Positions 20,510-30,992 of a DNA stretch of 62,997 nt are shown piece after piece. The notes below the pieces were generated by a model. The model searched no databases and was not told where the DNA came from. It saw nothing but the letters and a program-made list of their open reading frames with translations. The DNA lies in the NCBI GenBank assembly GCA_048941265.1, contig JBHLNT010000009.1, positions 1-62,997 on the forward strand, given 5' to 3'. Within the stretch, counting starts at the first letter, position 1; each line of letters opens with the position of its first letter. Source of the stretch: Promethearchaeota archaeon (GTDB lineage: Archaea; Asgardarchaeota; Lokiarchaeia; Sigyniarchaeales; SOKP01). The position numbers and the translations under genes were made by a program.

Positions 20510-20654
20510 AGCATAAAACCGATTTTTTTTGATTCTCTAATTATATATTAGGAGTGAAAATTTTATTAATTATTTTTTTTTAAATTAAAGAAGACTGGAG
20601 TAAAAAGATTAGTTTTGTAATAATTTTTTTAAACACTCAAATCAAGTGATTATT

Positions 20655-21806
20655 ATGGTATTAACAAAAAGAGAAAGAGTATTTCGTACTTTGGAGCTCG
20701 ATGGAGAACCAGATATGGTTCCAATCTACTGTAGTGGTTTTGAACCAACGAGCCTAATATACCAAGAATATCTAAAATCTAAAGAAAAAGAGGAGAGTGT
20801 TACATGGGTAAAACCCAAATCTAAAAAGTTGAAATATTTTATTACAGAACAACGGTTTTGGAATGTTGATATGTTTTGCATGGATCCCTTTGGCTCAAAA
20901 TTGAAATATAGGTATAAAAAAGCTCCACCTGAATATCCAGGTTGTCAAATTAATCCTATTAGCGGAAAAATATATAAAGTCGTAAAACAAATAGAGACGG
21001 GTTTAGATTATTCTTGGTATATTGATGGGTATTTTACTTCCCCCGAGATTGTTCATTTTTATTGGGATAAATATGGAAAGCCTTCAGAGGCAATAAATGA
21101 TAGAATAAATTACTCGCCGCAGAAATGGGACGGTTTTGTCGAGGCTCTCTTACCATATTTTTATCCTCTGGCGACTTTACCTATAGCACCTCATGAAGCA
21201 TTATTCGAAGGAATGTCCATAACTAAGACAGCATATTACATGCGAAGAAATCCAGACTTTATCCATGAAATCATGGCGGAATACGCAAAAACAAATATCG
21301 AGATTGTAAAGCGATTGGGAGAAGCAGGTGTCGAGGTTATTTTCATGGCTGATGATTTAGGATATAAAGGGCGTTCAATTTTTTCTATTGAGAAATTTAA
21401 AGAATTTATTCTCCCTTATTACCAAAAAATTTATGGAGCTTGTAAAAAACGTGGGATACTTATCATTCAACATTCATGTGGATATATTGACAAACTCTTA
21501 CCATCTATGGTTGATGCGGGATTAAATGCTATTGAGGCATTAGAACCGGCTGCAGGAGTCGATTTAGCATATTTAAAAGAAACACTTGGTGATAATTTAT
21601 GTTTCATTGGTGGCATAGATGCATCTGATATTTTAAATTTTGGAACTCCACAAGATGTTGAACAAGATGTATATAGATGTATTCAAGCAGCCTCATCAGG
21701 AGGAGGATATTTTGCAGGTCCCAGTCATAATATCTTAAACCCACCATGGGAGAATGTGTTAGCACTACGGGCAGCTCTTGAAAAGTACCGAAGATGCTAT
21801 TCCTAA
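20655..21806 (+). CDS. Uroporphyrinogen decarboxylase-fold protein (MtaA/CmuA-like methyltransferase family)
   Basis: LTKRERV..L...PDMVP, ADDLG, FILPYY, HSCG, GGID, GTPQDV, GGGY...SH. Confidence 0.85.
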   Translation: MVLTKRERVFRTLELDGEPDMVPIYCSGFEPTSLIYQEYLKSKEKEESVTWVKPKSKKLKYFITEQRFWNVDMFCMDPFGSKLKYRYKKAPPEYPGCQINPISGKIYKVVKQIETGLDYSWYIDGYFTSPEIVHFYWDKYGKPSEAINDRINYSPQKWDGFVEALLPYFYPLATLPIAPHEALFEGMSITKTAYYMRRNPDFIHEIMAEYAKTNIEIVKRLGEAGVEVIFMADDLGYKGRSIFSIEKFKEFILPYYQKIYGACKKRGILIIQHSCGYIDKLLPSMVDAGLNAIEALEPAAGVDLAYLKETLGDNLCFIGGIDASDILNFGTPQDVEQDVYRCIQAASSGGGYFAGPSHNILNPPWENVLALRAALEKYRRCYS

Positions 21807-21845
21807 AAACATAATTTTTATAATTATAAAAGTGAATATAATAAA

Positions 21846-22808
21846 ATGGCAGAAAAAAAACAAAGTGCAAACATTAAAATTGAAGTAAAACGATTTAAAT
21901 TTAATCCAATTATTTATCCTCAGATGGATGAGAGTTTAGGGAACAATATAGCAGGCCCTTCATTAATCCGAGTACCAAAATGGATTAGTGAACCTCTTGG
22001 TCATTATTACCTTTATTTTTCTGCCCATAAGGGAGATTATATAAGGTTGGCTTATGCAGATAAATTAGAAGGACCCTGGCATATATATAAGAAGGGGACA
22101 TTACGCTTAGAAGAGTCATTATTTCCTACAACTCCTTCTAAAAAACTGGTAAAAATTGCGCAAGATCCTACGTATAAAGGTCCAGATGAATCAATACCCC
22201 ACATAGCATCTCCAGATGTACATGTTCTTGATGAAACAAAAGAAATCCGGATGTATTATCATGGACTTTTAAAGAACGGACGTCAAATGACGCGTGTTGC
22301 ACGTTCTAAAGATGGGATCCATTTTGTCGCTGAGCCAAAAATAATCTCTTTTCCTTATCTTCGAGTATTTAATTATGATACTTGGTATTATGGAATGTGT
22401 ATGCCTGGTATATTCTATAGATCTCAAAATGGAATTGATAATTTTGAGCAAGGCCCCATACTTTTTAACCGAAATATGCGTCATTCCGCTTTAAGAGTAA
22501 ATAAAGATCAGCTACAGGTATTCTGGACTCAAGTGGGAGACTCTCCGGAAAGGATTCTACTTTCAATCATTCAACTCACAAAAGATTGGAAATATTGGGA
22601 GCCTACACATCCTATCGAAGTTTTGCGCCCGGAAAAGGATTGGGAAGGGGGTAATTTAGAGCAAAAACCTTCATTTCGGGGTGCAATCATTGGACCTGTC
22701 TGCCAGTTGCGTGATCCCACAATTTATGAAGAAAAAAATAAAATCTACTTATTATATATTGTGGCTGGTGAATTTGGGATAGCCATTTCTGAGTTGAAAT
22801 TTAATTAG
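21846..22808 (+). CDS. Five-bladed beta-propeller glycoside hydrolase-like protein
   Basis: GPSLIRVP, YYLYFSAH, LEGPW, HIASPDV, MYYHG, S.DG..F, LRDP.IY repeats typical of the GH43/32/130 clan fold. Confidence 0.6.
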   Translation: MAEKKQSANIKIEVKRFKFNPIIYPQMDESLGNNIAGPSLIRVPKWISEPLGHYYLYFSAHKGDYIRLAYADKLEGPWHIYKKGTLRLEESLFPTTPSKKLVKIAQDPTYKGPDESIPHIASPDVHVLDETKEIRMYYHGLLKNGRQMTRVARSKDGIHFVAEPKIISFPYLRVFNYDTWYYGMCMPGIFYRSQNGIDNFEQGPILFNRNMRHSALRVNKDQLQVFWTQVGDSPERILLSIIQLTKDWKYWEPTHPIEVLRPEKDWEGGNLEQKPSFRGAIIGPVCQLRDPTIYEEKNKIYLLYIVAGEFGIAISELKFN

Positions 22809-22851
22809 AAAATAACATTTAAGAGATAACACATAGAAGGTATGAAAATAA

Positions 22852-23730
22852 ATGGTAAAAGTTCAGGATTTTAAAATTGAAACTAATTTAGTTTCAAGTC
22901 CGGTTAAGTATAGCGTATTATATCCCTCTGATTATGAATTATCAAAAGAGTATTATTCATTGATATTGCTCCTCCATGGAGGGGCCGGTTATCAGGGCTT
23001 TCTTAAACATAATATTAAGCCTCTAATCCAAAATATGTGGAAACAAAAAACTTTACCTGAAATGGTATTAGTTACACCTCATTGCGACCGTTCTTTTTAT
23101 ATGGATTATCGAGATGGTTCACAGAAATGGGAGACCTTTATCCTTAATGAACTGATGCCCTTCCTTCTGGAAAATTTTCGAGTTTTTAGAGATCCGAAGA
23201 AACTAATCATTGGAGGCGTATCAATGGGAGGTATGGGAACATTAAGAATGGGATTTAAATATCCAGATAGATTTGGAGTTCTCTTAGCCTTTGAACCGGG
23301 CATAGAACCTGCTATAGAATGGAGAGATGTTAAAAAAAGAGATAAGTTTTACCGTAGCGAACCCGTAATGGAAACGATTTTTGGCTCGCCTTTTGATGAA
23401 GAATACTGGAAATTAAACAATCCATCATACCTTGCCATAAAAAATGCCGAAAAAATTCGAAAATCAGATATTAAGATATATATCGAAGTAGGCACAGAAG
23501 ATATGTTAGGATTGTATCGTGGTGCGGAATTCTTACATCGGATATTATATGATAATGAAATAAATCACGAATTTAGGTTGGTATATGGGGCAGATCATAT
23601 CGGACCATCTTTGAAAGAACGTTTTGTCAATGGGTTTTCATTTCTAAATCGTGTGATTAACAATCCAAAACCGGACCAAGGAGTTACCAAAAATTTATCT
23701 AAAATAATGCTTAAAAGAGCAAAAAGATAA
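22852..23730 (+). CDS. Alpha/beta-hydrolase esterase (S-formylglutathione hydrolase / CE1-like)
   Basis: LLLHGG, SFYMD, WETFI..EL, GVSMGG nucleophile elbow, GTED, GADH. Confidence 0.88.
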   Translation: MVKVQDFKIETNLVSSPVKYSVLYPSDYELSKEYYSLILLLHGGAGYQGFLKHNIKPLIQNMWKQKTLPEMVLVTPHCDRSFYMDYRDGSQKWETFILNELMPFLLENFRVFRDPKKLIIGGVSMGGMGTLRMGFKYPDRFGVLLAFEPGIEPAIEWRDVKKRDKFYRSEPVMETIFGSPFDEEYWKLNNPSYLAIKNAEKIRKSDIKIYIEVGTEDMLGLYRGAEFLHRILYDNEINHEFRLVYGADHIGPSLKERFVNGFSFLNRVINNPKPDQGVTKNLSKIMLKRAKR

Positions 23731-23777
23731 CTGATTGAAAAAAAAAGAAAAGAAATGATTTTTCAAAATTAAAGTCT

Positions 23778-24917
23778 TTATTGCTGACGCGGAGGGGTCA
23801 TTCTAACGATTCTCTGACCTTCAATTAAAGATATCGCGTTTTCAGGGCACAAATACGCACAAACTCCGCAACCAACACAGTATTCTTCTATTCTTTCCGC
23901 TTTATTGTCATCATTCAAATATATTGCTTTATTATAACATTTCTCTATGCATGTACCGCATCCTACACATAAATCTTGATCTATGCTGGATAAATAATTT
24001 GTTGCATTGGCAACCGGGAAAACTAGACAATCGCGAGCTGTTAAGCAGCAACAACTGCAGCAGTTACAAATAGCTACTTCCTCTTTACTTGTATCGCTAT
24101 GTAAATGATATGCTTTATGAACTAATCCAGCATCTTCAATCTTTTTTAAAATCTCTAATGCTTCTTCCTTTGATACTAATTTACTAAAACCATGATTAGA
24201 TGTATGGCGTGCACTCTTACCAAGAGTAAAGCAGCTCGGTGAAAGATCAAATTGTTTGCATGGTTCCCCTAAAAATTCCTTATGTTGCCGGCAATAACAA
24301 TAACCCACAGCTATATCATCAAATTTATTAATTAATTCTTCGACTTTTTGGGTAGGAATAACTTTTTGCTCGGGAACTTCTAAGTCCTCATTAACGATTA
24401 TATTAAGTTCATTTCCTGTTGCTTTATTTTTTAAAATTGGCACCGTTCGATCAACTGGAGGCATTTTGCTAAACCCCGGGATAAATCTATCATAATTTTT
24501 TTGAATAAGTTCTTCCACTTCTTCATGTAATTTATAGAATAAGTCCGATAATTCCATATTTTCTTTTGTTTTTTCGAGTTTTTGCATAAATGTATACTCA
24601 AATTGTCTCCCAATGGGTAATAATCGAAAGACCATTACTCCACTAGAATTTGGTTGATTAAATATTACACCTTTCTTTGCTAACGCATCAGCCTTTTTTA
24701 AAATCTCCTCCTCAGTTAACCCGCTACTTTCTTTCAATTGTTCCATGGATTGAGAGATATTTTTTCTGAATGTCATCATAAAATCTAAGTTTTCTTCTGC
24801 AATCGCGTGTTTTAATATACGCAATAATGTATCAGTTATTTGATATGGAAATCCCCCTGGAACACTATTTAGGATCTTCGCTACTTTTTTATATTTATTA
24901 TCTATTGCTTCAGACAT
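23778..24917 (-). CDS. 4Fe-4S binding protein with N-terminal helical domain
   Basis: CYCR..C..C, GLVH, ICNCCSCCC and two C-terminal CxxCxxCxxxC ferredoxin motifs. Confidence 0.85.
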   Translation of the reverse strand: MSEAIDNKYKKVAKILNSVPGGFPYQITDTLLRILKHAIAEENLDFMMTFRKNISQSMEQLKESSGLTEEEILKKADALAKKGVIFNQPNSSGVMVFRLLPIGRQFEYTFMQKLEKTKENMELSDLFYKLHEEVEELIQKNYDRFIPGFSKMPPVDRTVPILKNKATGNELNIIVNEDLEVPEQKVIPTQKVEELINKFDDIAVGYCYCRQHKEFLGEPCKQFDLSPSCFTLGKSARHTSNHGFSKLVSKEEALEILKKIEDAGLVHKAYHLHSDTSKEEVAICNCCSCCCLTARDCLVFPVANATNYLSSIDQDLCVGCGTCIEKCYNKAIYLNDDNKAERIEEYCVGCGVCAYLCPENAISLIEGQRIVRMTPPRQQ

Positions 24918-25075
24918 TTTTATTCAAAGATTTTTATTAATTAGGAAAAATTAAAATTTTAATTATATGAAATGAATACAAAAAATGATTTAGATTTAAT
25001 TATTAAAAAATCTAATTCAATTTGGTAAAAATGTTAAAATTAAATAGAATTTAAACAAGAAAGGGTTTATATAAA

Positions 25076-25903
25076 TTGTCTGAAGAGAAAAAGTTTGAAC
25101 AAGTTAAAATAGAAAAAGTAGCAGATGGAAATTATGCTGTGGTTTCAATTAATAGACCAGATAAGCTAAATGCACTTCAAAATGAGACTCTTAAAGAAAT
25201 TGCAGAAGCTTTAGAAACTTTAGAAGTGGATCCCGAGGCACGGTGTGTTGTCCTACGTGGCACTAAAGATTTTACTAAAAAACCAGCATTCTCAGCAGGC
25301 GCTGATCTTTCCGCACGAGGGGCTTCTGATTTAGATCAACGTAATTTAAGGCATCAAAGTCATGCGATGTATCGGAGACATAAATATTATGACTTAATTG
25401 AAGAATTCCCAAAGCCATTAATAGCAGCTGTAGATGGATTTGCCTTAGGTGGAGGTTTTGAGTTAGTGTTAGTATGTGATATCGTTATTGCATCAAAACG
25501 ATCAAGTTTCGGTTTTCCTGAAATTTTGAGAGGAATTTTTCCAGCTAATGGAGGTACTCAGCGATTAATTAGGCACCTTGGCAAATTTAGGACTAAAAAA
25601 CTGTTATTTTTTGGAGACCACTATACTGCCGAACAGATGTATGAATGGGGAATTGTCTCGTTTTTAGCTGATGACGACAAATTCGAGGAACTCGTTCATG
25701 AAAAAGCCTCTTGGTTGGGAAATGCTGCTACAAATAGTCTATTTGTAATTAAAAAATGCATTGATTATGGAACCCAAGTGCCTTTAAATGTAGGGCTTCA
25801 GTTTGAACACTTAGGGTTTGCAGTCAACTCTACCTCAAAAGACGTGATTGAAGGTGTAACTTCTTTTTTACAGAAAAGACAACCAAAATTTAAAGGAAAA
25901 TAA
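25076..25903 (+). CDS. Enoyl-CoA hydratase/isomerase (crotonase)
   Basis: NRPDKLNAL, FSAGADL, GGGFE, PEILRGIFP..GGTQRL (both catalytic Glu), FLQKRQPKF. Confidence 0.93.
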   Translation: MSEEKKFEQVKIEKVADGNYAVVSINRPDKLNALQNETLKEIAEALETLEVDPEARCVVLRGTKDFTKKPAFSAGADLSARGASDLDQRNLRHQSHAMYRRHKYYDLIEEFPKPLIAAVDGFALGGGFELVLVCDIVIASKRSSFGFPEILRGIFPANGGTQRLIRHLGKFRTKKLLFFGDHYTAEQMYEWGIVSFLADDDKFEELVHEKASWLGNAATNSLFVIKKCIDYGTQVPLNVGLQFEHLGFAVNSTSKDVIEGVTSFLQKRQPKFKGK

Positions 25904-26049
25904 TCTTAAAATTCTTTATATTCTTTTTTTTTTATAATTTCATAATTTTCTTAAACCTTTTTTAAGTATCAAAATTAAATTATTATATCTTACTTAAATA
26001 ACGGAAAAGTAAGATAAAACCATAAAAAGTAAAAATAAAGTGATTATAA

Positions 26050-27327
26050 TTGGAATTGAAAGAAGTATGGCTAATTGATTATGCTCGTACAGCTTTTTCT
26101 CGTTCCAGACCGAAACAACCTGAAAGGGATGTATTCGGTGAGATACGAGGAGATGAGTTGCTTGCTGAGCTGCTAATGAAATTTTTTGATGAAAAATTAG
26201 CTGATAAAGGAATAGAAAAAAAAGACATGGAAGAATTTTCTGTTGGAGTTGCCGCAGGTGTTCTTGAAAATTGGACCTATGGGGGTAGAACCCCAGTATT
26301 TTTAGCAGGATTTCCAGTAAATGTCCCAGCTTTCTCAATAGACAGGCAATGTGGTTCCGCAGGGTCGGGGATGCATGTAGGGATAATGGAGATCATGACT
26401 GGTAATAGTAAGTGTGTTTTAGCAACTGGTTTTGAGCATATGACACGTGTCCGAGGGAGGGGTGCCGAACCTAATTTAAAGACGATGGATAAAAAAAGTA
26501 AATTTTATCGTCCCGATTTAGATATGCCTACAACCTTTAATATGCTTCAAACTGCACAAAAACTATATGAGGAAGAAGTCCCAGTATTTACTAAAGAAGA
26601 TTTGGATAAGTTTGGCGTAAGAAGTCACAATTTAGCTGTTAAAAATTACGAAGCGGGTTGGTTTAAAGGTGAAATTATTCCTATTGAAGGCCATGTTGAG
26701 GGAAATATTGAGGAACCTCTGATTGTAGACAGAGATATGAATGCAAGAAAATCAGATTTAGAGACGCATTCTAAATTACCTCGATTATCTAAACCGTTTT
26801 ATTTAGAAAAAAATGGAGGCAGGAATGGTTATATAGAGAGGGAAGGTACAGCTGAAGGAGTTATAACAGTTGGTACTTCTTCTCCTTTAAATGCCGGTGC
26901 CACAGCTGCGGTTTGTATGGAGGCAAAAGAAGCTGAAAAGAGAGGAATTGAGCCAATGGCTAGAATTGTCTCAATAGGATGGGCTGGGGTTGATCCATCA
27001 ACTATGGGTCGGGGACCTGTTCCAGCAACTCGTAAAGCATTAGAATATGCGGGATTAACTCCGGATGATATTGATTTTTGGGAAATTAATGAGGCATTTT
27101 GCATTGTTACTTTAAACTGTATGCATAAGCTTAACGTTCCTGAAGAAAAAGTGAATATAAGGGGAGGGTCTACGGCTATTGGACATCCTTTAGGATCAAC
27201 AATGATACGGCTCACAGGCACATTAGCTCGAATTTTGAAAGAGAATAATGCGAAATATGGTGTTGCTAATGCCTGTGTCGGTGGTGGACAAGGCGTCGCA
27301 ACTGTCATCGAAAATCTTAGCGTTTGA
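26050..27327 (+). CDS. Acetyl-CoA C-acyltransferase (thiolase)
   Basis: DRQCGS (Cys), EINEAF, GHPLG, ACVGGGQG. Confidence 0.95.
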   Translation: MELKEVWLIDYARTAFSRSRPKQPERDVFGEIRGDELLAELLMKFFDEKLADKGIEKKDMEEFSVGVAAGVLENWTYGGRTPVFLAGFPVNVPAFSIDRQCGSAGSGMHVGIMEIMTGNSKCVLATGFEHMTRVRGRGAEPNLKTMDKKSKFYRPDLDMPTTFNMLQTAQKLYEEEVPVFTKEDLDKFGVRSHNLAVKNYEAGWFKGEIIPIEGHVEGNIEEPLIVDRDMNARKSDLETHSKLPRLSKPFYLEKNGGRNGYIEREGTAEGVITVGTSSPLNAGATAAVCMEAKEAEKRGIEPMARIVSIGWAGVDPSTMGRGPVPATRKALEYAGLTPDDIDFWEINEAFCIVTLNCMHKLNVPEEKVNIRGGSTAIGHPLGSTMIRLTGTLARILKENNAKYGVANACVGGGQGVATVIENLSV

Positions 27328-27429
27328 ATGGATTAATTAATTTTTCCTTTTTTTTATTTTTTTTAAAGATTTAAGATATTACATTTAGACGTAAATTATT
27401 TAAAACAAAAAAATTAAGGTTAATTTATC

Positions 27430-28230
27430 ATGACTCATGTGTTTGATTTATTTAATCTGGATAAAAAAGTAGCCCTTGTTACTGGTGGTGGGAAAGGTTT
27501 AGGATATTTCTCTGCAGAAGGAATGGTCGAAGCGGGAGCTGATGTGGCGATTTGTGGTAGAGATATTCACGGAAAATTAAATGAGGCGGTTGTAAAATTG
27601 AAAAAAATGGGAAAAGATTGTATAGCAATTAAATGTGATATTACTAATGAGTCTCAAGTTAAACAAATGGTAAACAAAATGAAAGATTATTACGGAAAAT
27701 GTGATATACTTGTGAATAATGCTGGTGTTGGTGAAATGAGTCCCTCGAAAAATTACAGTTTGGATCGTTGGAAAAATACACTTAATACTAATCTAACAGG
27801 AACATTTCTTTGTTGTCGAGAAATAGGTAAGATGATGATAAAACAAAAAAGCGGGAACATTATCAATTTCTCTAGTGAGAATGGGCAAGTAGGTTTTTCG
27901 ACAGGATTTACAGCCTATGCCACATCCAAAATTGGGATAATTGGTCTCACGAGATCGTTGGCTGTGGAATGGGGAAAATATAATATTAGAGTTAATGCTA
28001 TACTCCCCGGTAATATGGAGGAGGGTATGATGGAATTCCTCCAAGATAAAGACGGTTCGATGTATAAAATGATTGGACCTCCATTATTAAATTTAACTCC
28101 TATAAAAAGGTTCGGTACAAGAGACGATATTAAGGGAGCAATTGTTTTTCTTGCCTCAAAAGCCAGTGATTACATTTCTGGTGCCAAATTAGTTGTTGAT
28201 GGTGGTTTTACGATCAATGCTGGACTTTAG
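27430..28230 (+). CDS. Short-chain dehydrogenase/reductase
   Basis: TGGGKGLG, NNAG, YATSK, VDGG. Confidence 0.92.
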   Translation: MTHVFDLFNLDKKVALVTGGGKGLGYFSAEGMVEAGADVAICGRDIHGKLNEAVVKLKKMGKDCIAIKCDITNESQVKQMVNKMKDYYGKCDILVNNAGVGEMSPSKNYSLDRWKNTLNTNLTGTFLCCREIGKMMIKQKSGNIINFSSENGQVGFSTGFTAYATSKIGIIGLTRSLAVEWGKYNIRVNAILPGNMEEGMMEFLQDKDGSMYKMIGPPLLNLTPIKRFGTRDDIKGAIVFLASKASDYISGAKLVVDGGFTINAGL

Positions 28231-28308
28231 ATCTTATAATAAAAATTAAAAAGAATCTAATTGAAAATATTATATAATATTAATTATCAAAGATAAAGGT
28301 GGAATATA

Positions 28309-29253
28309 ATGGGAATGTTAGAAGGAAAAGTTGCTATAATTACTGGTGCTGGTCGTGGATTAGGGCGAGAAGAAGCCCTGGCTATGGCTAAAGAAGGTTG
28401 CCAGTTAGTGATTAATGACGTAGGAGGTGCCTTTGATGGAACAGGAATTGAAACCAAAGTTGCAGATCAGGTGGTTGAAGATTGTAAACAACTTGGAGCA
28501 AGGGCGGTTGCAAATTATGACTCTGTTGCTGATTTTAATAAAGCTAAAGCTATGATAGATCAAGCTATTTCGGAATTTGGAAAGCTTGACATTGTGGTTA
28601 ATAATGCTGGTATTTTGCGAGATCGAATGATATTCAATATGTCTGAGAGCGATTTTGATGGGGTCATTGCGGTTCATTTGAAGGGTACCTTTAACCTAAC
28701 TCGTCATGCGAGTCAGTATTTTAGAGAGCAATGTAAAGCTAATCCAAAGCTAAAAAACTTTGGAAGAATTATCAATACGGCATCTGATTCAGGTTTAATT
28801 GGAAATGCCGGCCAATCTAATTATGGTGCCGCTAAAGCAGGAATTGCAGCGTTTACAGTTATTATAGCGGCCGAATTAAAAAAATATGCTACGGTTAATT
28901 GTGTAGTACCAAGTGCACGTACCCGAATGACAACTGATGCAACACCTAAAATGGCGGGTTTTATGAAAATGAAGACGAAAGCGGGTTTTGATGTGTTTAA
29001 TCCCTCACATTTTGCACCATTGGTCGTATTCTTGGCATCAGATGAAGCTCGACGAATTACGGGTGAGGTTTTTAGAGCCATAGGTGATAAAGTATGGGTA
29101 TATCAAGGATGGCATCCAGTTAATCGAATTGATAACAATGGAGAACCATTCAGTCCTCAAATTTTGGCTGAAAGAGTAAAATCAGAATTATTAAAAGGAG
29201 TTCAAACAAAAGCAGATAACGCAAATATGGCTCAAGAATTATTCGGTTCTTAA
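28309..29253 (+). CDS. SDR of the (3R)-hydroxyacyl-CoA dehydrogenase / MFE-2 N-domain-like type
   Basis: TGAGRGLGR, VINDVGG, NNAGILRD, VHLKG, GQSNYGAAK, ARTRMT. Confidence 0.88.
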   Translation: MGMLEGKVAIITGAGRGLGREEALAMAKEGCQLVINDVGGAFDGTGIETKVADQVVEDCKQLGARAVANYDSVADFNKAKAMIDQAISEFGKLDIVVNNAGILRDRMIFNMSESDFDGVIAVHLKGTFNLTRHASQYFREQCKANPKLKNFGRIINTASDSGLIGNAGQSNYGAAKAGIAAFTVIIAAELKKYATVNCVVPSARTRMTTDATPKMAGFMKMKTKAGFDVFNPSHFAPLVVFLASDEARRITGEVFRAIGDKVWVYQGWHPVNRIDNNGEPFSPQILAERVKSELLKGVQTKADNANMAQELFGS

Positions 29254-29329
29254 ATTAAATGAATATTTTTTTTCTTTTTTTTATATTCAAGTAGTGAAGT
29301 AAAAATAAATATGATTAAAAAAATTAGGA

Positions 29330-30844
29330 CTATAAGACGTTATCCCAGGCTGCTCGTTCTTTATCAAGATATCTCTCTATCACTTTGAATTCTTTACCAC
29401 AAACCATTGTCATTCTTTTTTCGCGATCATATACAGGCCATTCTGGAATACCATCATGGTTTGGATTTCCAGTATGAGCAAATGCAATCCAAGAATCCAT
29501 CATCCTTTCACTGAGTAGTTCCGCATCCGGACCTTTTCCAAAAAAGAGATCAGCTTTAGGTGTCTCAAGTGTACCTAAGACAAAAGGAAGTTCCATAGCA
29601 TGGCAAGATCCTAGTTTGCCTTTAAAAGCTGGAGATGGCCATGTGAATAAATAATTAAATACATTTGAGTTATGGATCTGATGAGATTCGGCAAATCGAA
29701 TTTCAGCGATACGAAATAAAAAATCAGTACCAATAGCATCAAAAATTTCGATTGGATTAGTAGAAGCCATATTTTTCATAGAGTCTTGATATATATTAAG
29801 AATTTCTAAGCTTTTGTTTTCATCAATATCCATTCTACTTAAGAGTGCTGATACCAATCTTGGAAAAGTTTCTTCTTTTATCTTTTTAAACATAGGGTTA
29901 AGTCCTGTAAATAGTTTATATTCATCTTTATTACATCCGATAAGTAAATCAATATTTTTCCCTGATCCATTTCTTAGAGCATCTAATGGATGATTTGGTA
30001 AAGTATTTCCATCAATACTAGGCCTAAAATCCATAAGTTCTGAATTTCCTTCTTTTTCAGCTTTAGCTAAGACCTTATTTTGAGCATCAATTATTTTTTC
30101 GGGGGGAACCTTTCGAAGCGCATCAATATCTCCTTCTTTTATACCCAACCTTTGGAATAAATTGGTAGTGCTTTGTTTCGCCGGTTTTGGCATAAGAATT
30201 GGCGCACTCTGAGCAATAACCCGGTGGAAAAGTCCCTTAGCTGCTGGCATTGCCATTAAAGTTATTACAGAAATTCCACCTGCAGATTCGCCAAAAATCG
30301 TTATATTATTTGGATCACCGCCAAAAACTTCTATATTATTACGAACCCACTTAAGTGCTGCGATTTGATCTAATAATCCGATATTGGCCGTTACACCAGA
30401 TGTATTCAAAAATCCTAAGGCTCCTAATCGATAATTGATAGTAACTAATACAACATTGCCATGTTTCGCTAAAGCTGAACCCTCATAGATTGGATTTGCT
30501 CCACCCCCCATTATAAATGCTCCACCATGAATCCATACCATTACGGGAAGGTTCCCATTATCGGTATTTGGAGTCCATATATTTAACGTTAAACAATCTG
30601 TTTCACTTTCCCATCCCGGTTTTCCAAACAATGCCTCAAGGGGTGTATATCCTTGATATACATAAGGACCATATTTAGTGGCATCATGTATATTGGTCCA
30701 AGGTTCTCTCTCAGCTGGAGTGCTGAAACGTAAAGAACCAACAGGAGAAGATGCATAAGGAATTCCCTTAAAAATTTGTATTCCATCTCTTTTATACCCT
30801 TGAACCTTACCAGATTTTGTTTCAATAATATCTGTCTTATTCAT
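29330..30844 (-). CDS. Type B carboxylesterase (PnbA-like)
   Basis: FKGIPYA, DCLTLNIW, WIHGGAF, NYRLG, FGESAGG, CHAMEL. Confidence 0.95.
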   Translation of the reverse strand: MNKTDIIETKSGKVQGYKRDGIQIFKGIPYASSPVGSLRFSTPAEREPWTNIHDATKYGPYVYQGYTPLEALFGKPGWESETDCLTLNIWTPNTDNGNLPVMVWIHGGAFIMGGGANPIYEGSALAKHGNVVLVTINYRLGALGFLNTSGVTANIGLLDQIAALKWVRNNIEVFGGDPNNITIFGESAGGISVITLMAMPAAKGLFHRVIAQSAPILMPKPAKQSTTNLFQRLGIKEGDIDALRKVPPEKIIDAQNKVLAKAEKEGNSELMDFRPSIDGNTLPNHPLDALRNGSGKNIDLLIGCNKDEYKLFTGLNPMFKKIKEETFPRLVSALLSRMDIDENKSLEILNIYQDSMKNMASTNPIEIFDAIGTDFLFRIAEIRFAESHQIHNSNVFNYLFTWPSPAFKGKLGSCHAMELPFVLGTLETPKADLFFGKGPDAELLSERMMDSWIAFAHTGNPNHDGIPEWPVYDREKRMTMVCGKEFKVIERYLDKERAAWDNVL

Positions 30845-30992
30845 AATCGATGATATCCTTTTTTTTAATTAAACAATTTTACTAATTTTTAATTTTAATA
30901 CTTAGATAAGCATCTCAAACAATTAAAATTTGATTCTTTTACATTTATGTAAACATTTTCTATTAAAGTGTACTTTTATTGGCTTCTTAAGC

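Noticed and set aside
26770-26860. Insertion in the thiolase (FYLEKNGGRNGYIEREG) as a second possible intron
   Set aside because: It is in frame and stop-free, and I could not fold a BHB motif at its edges; more likely a loop insertion.
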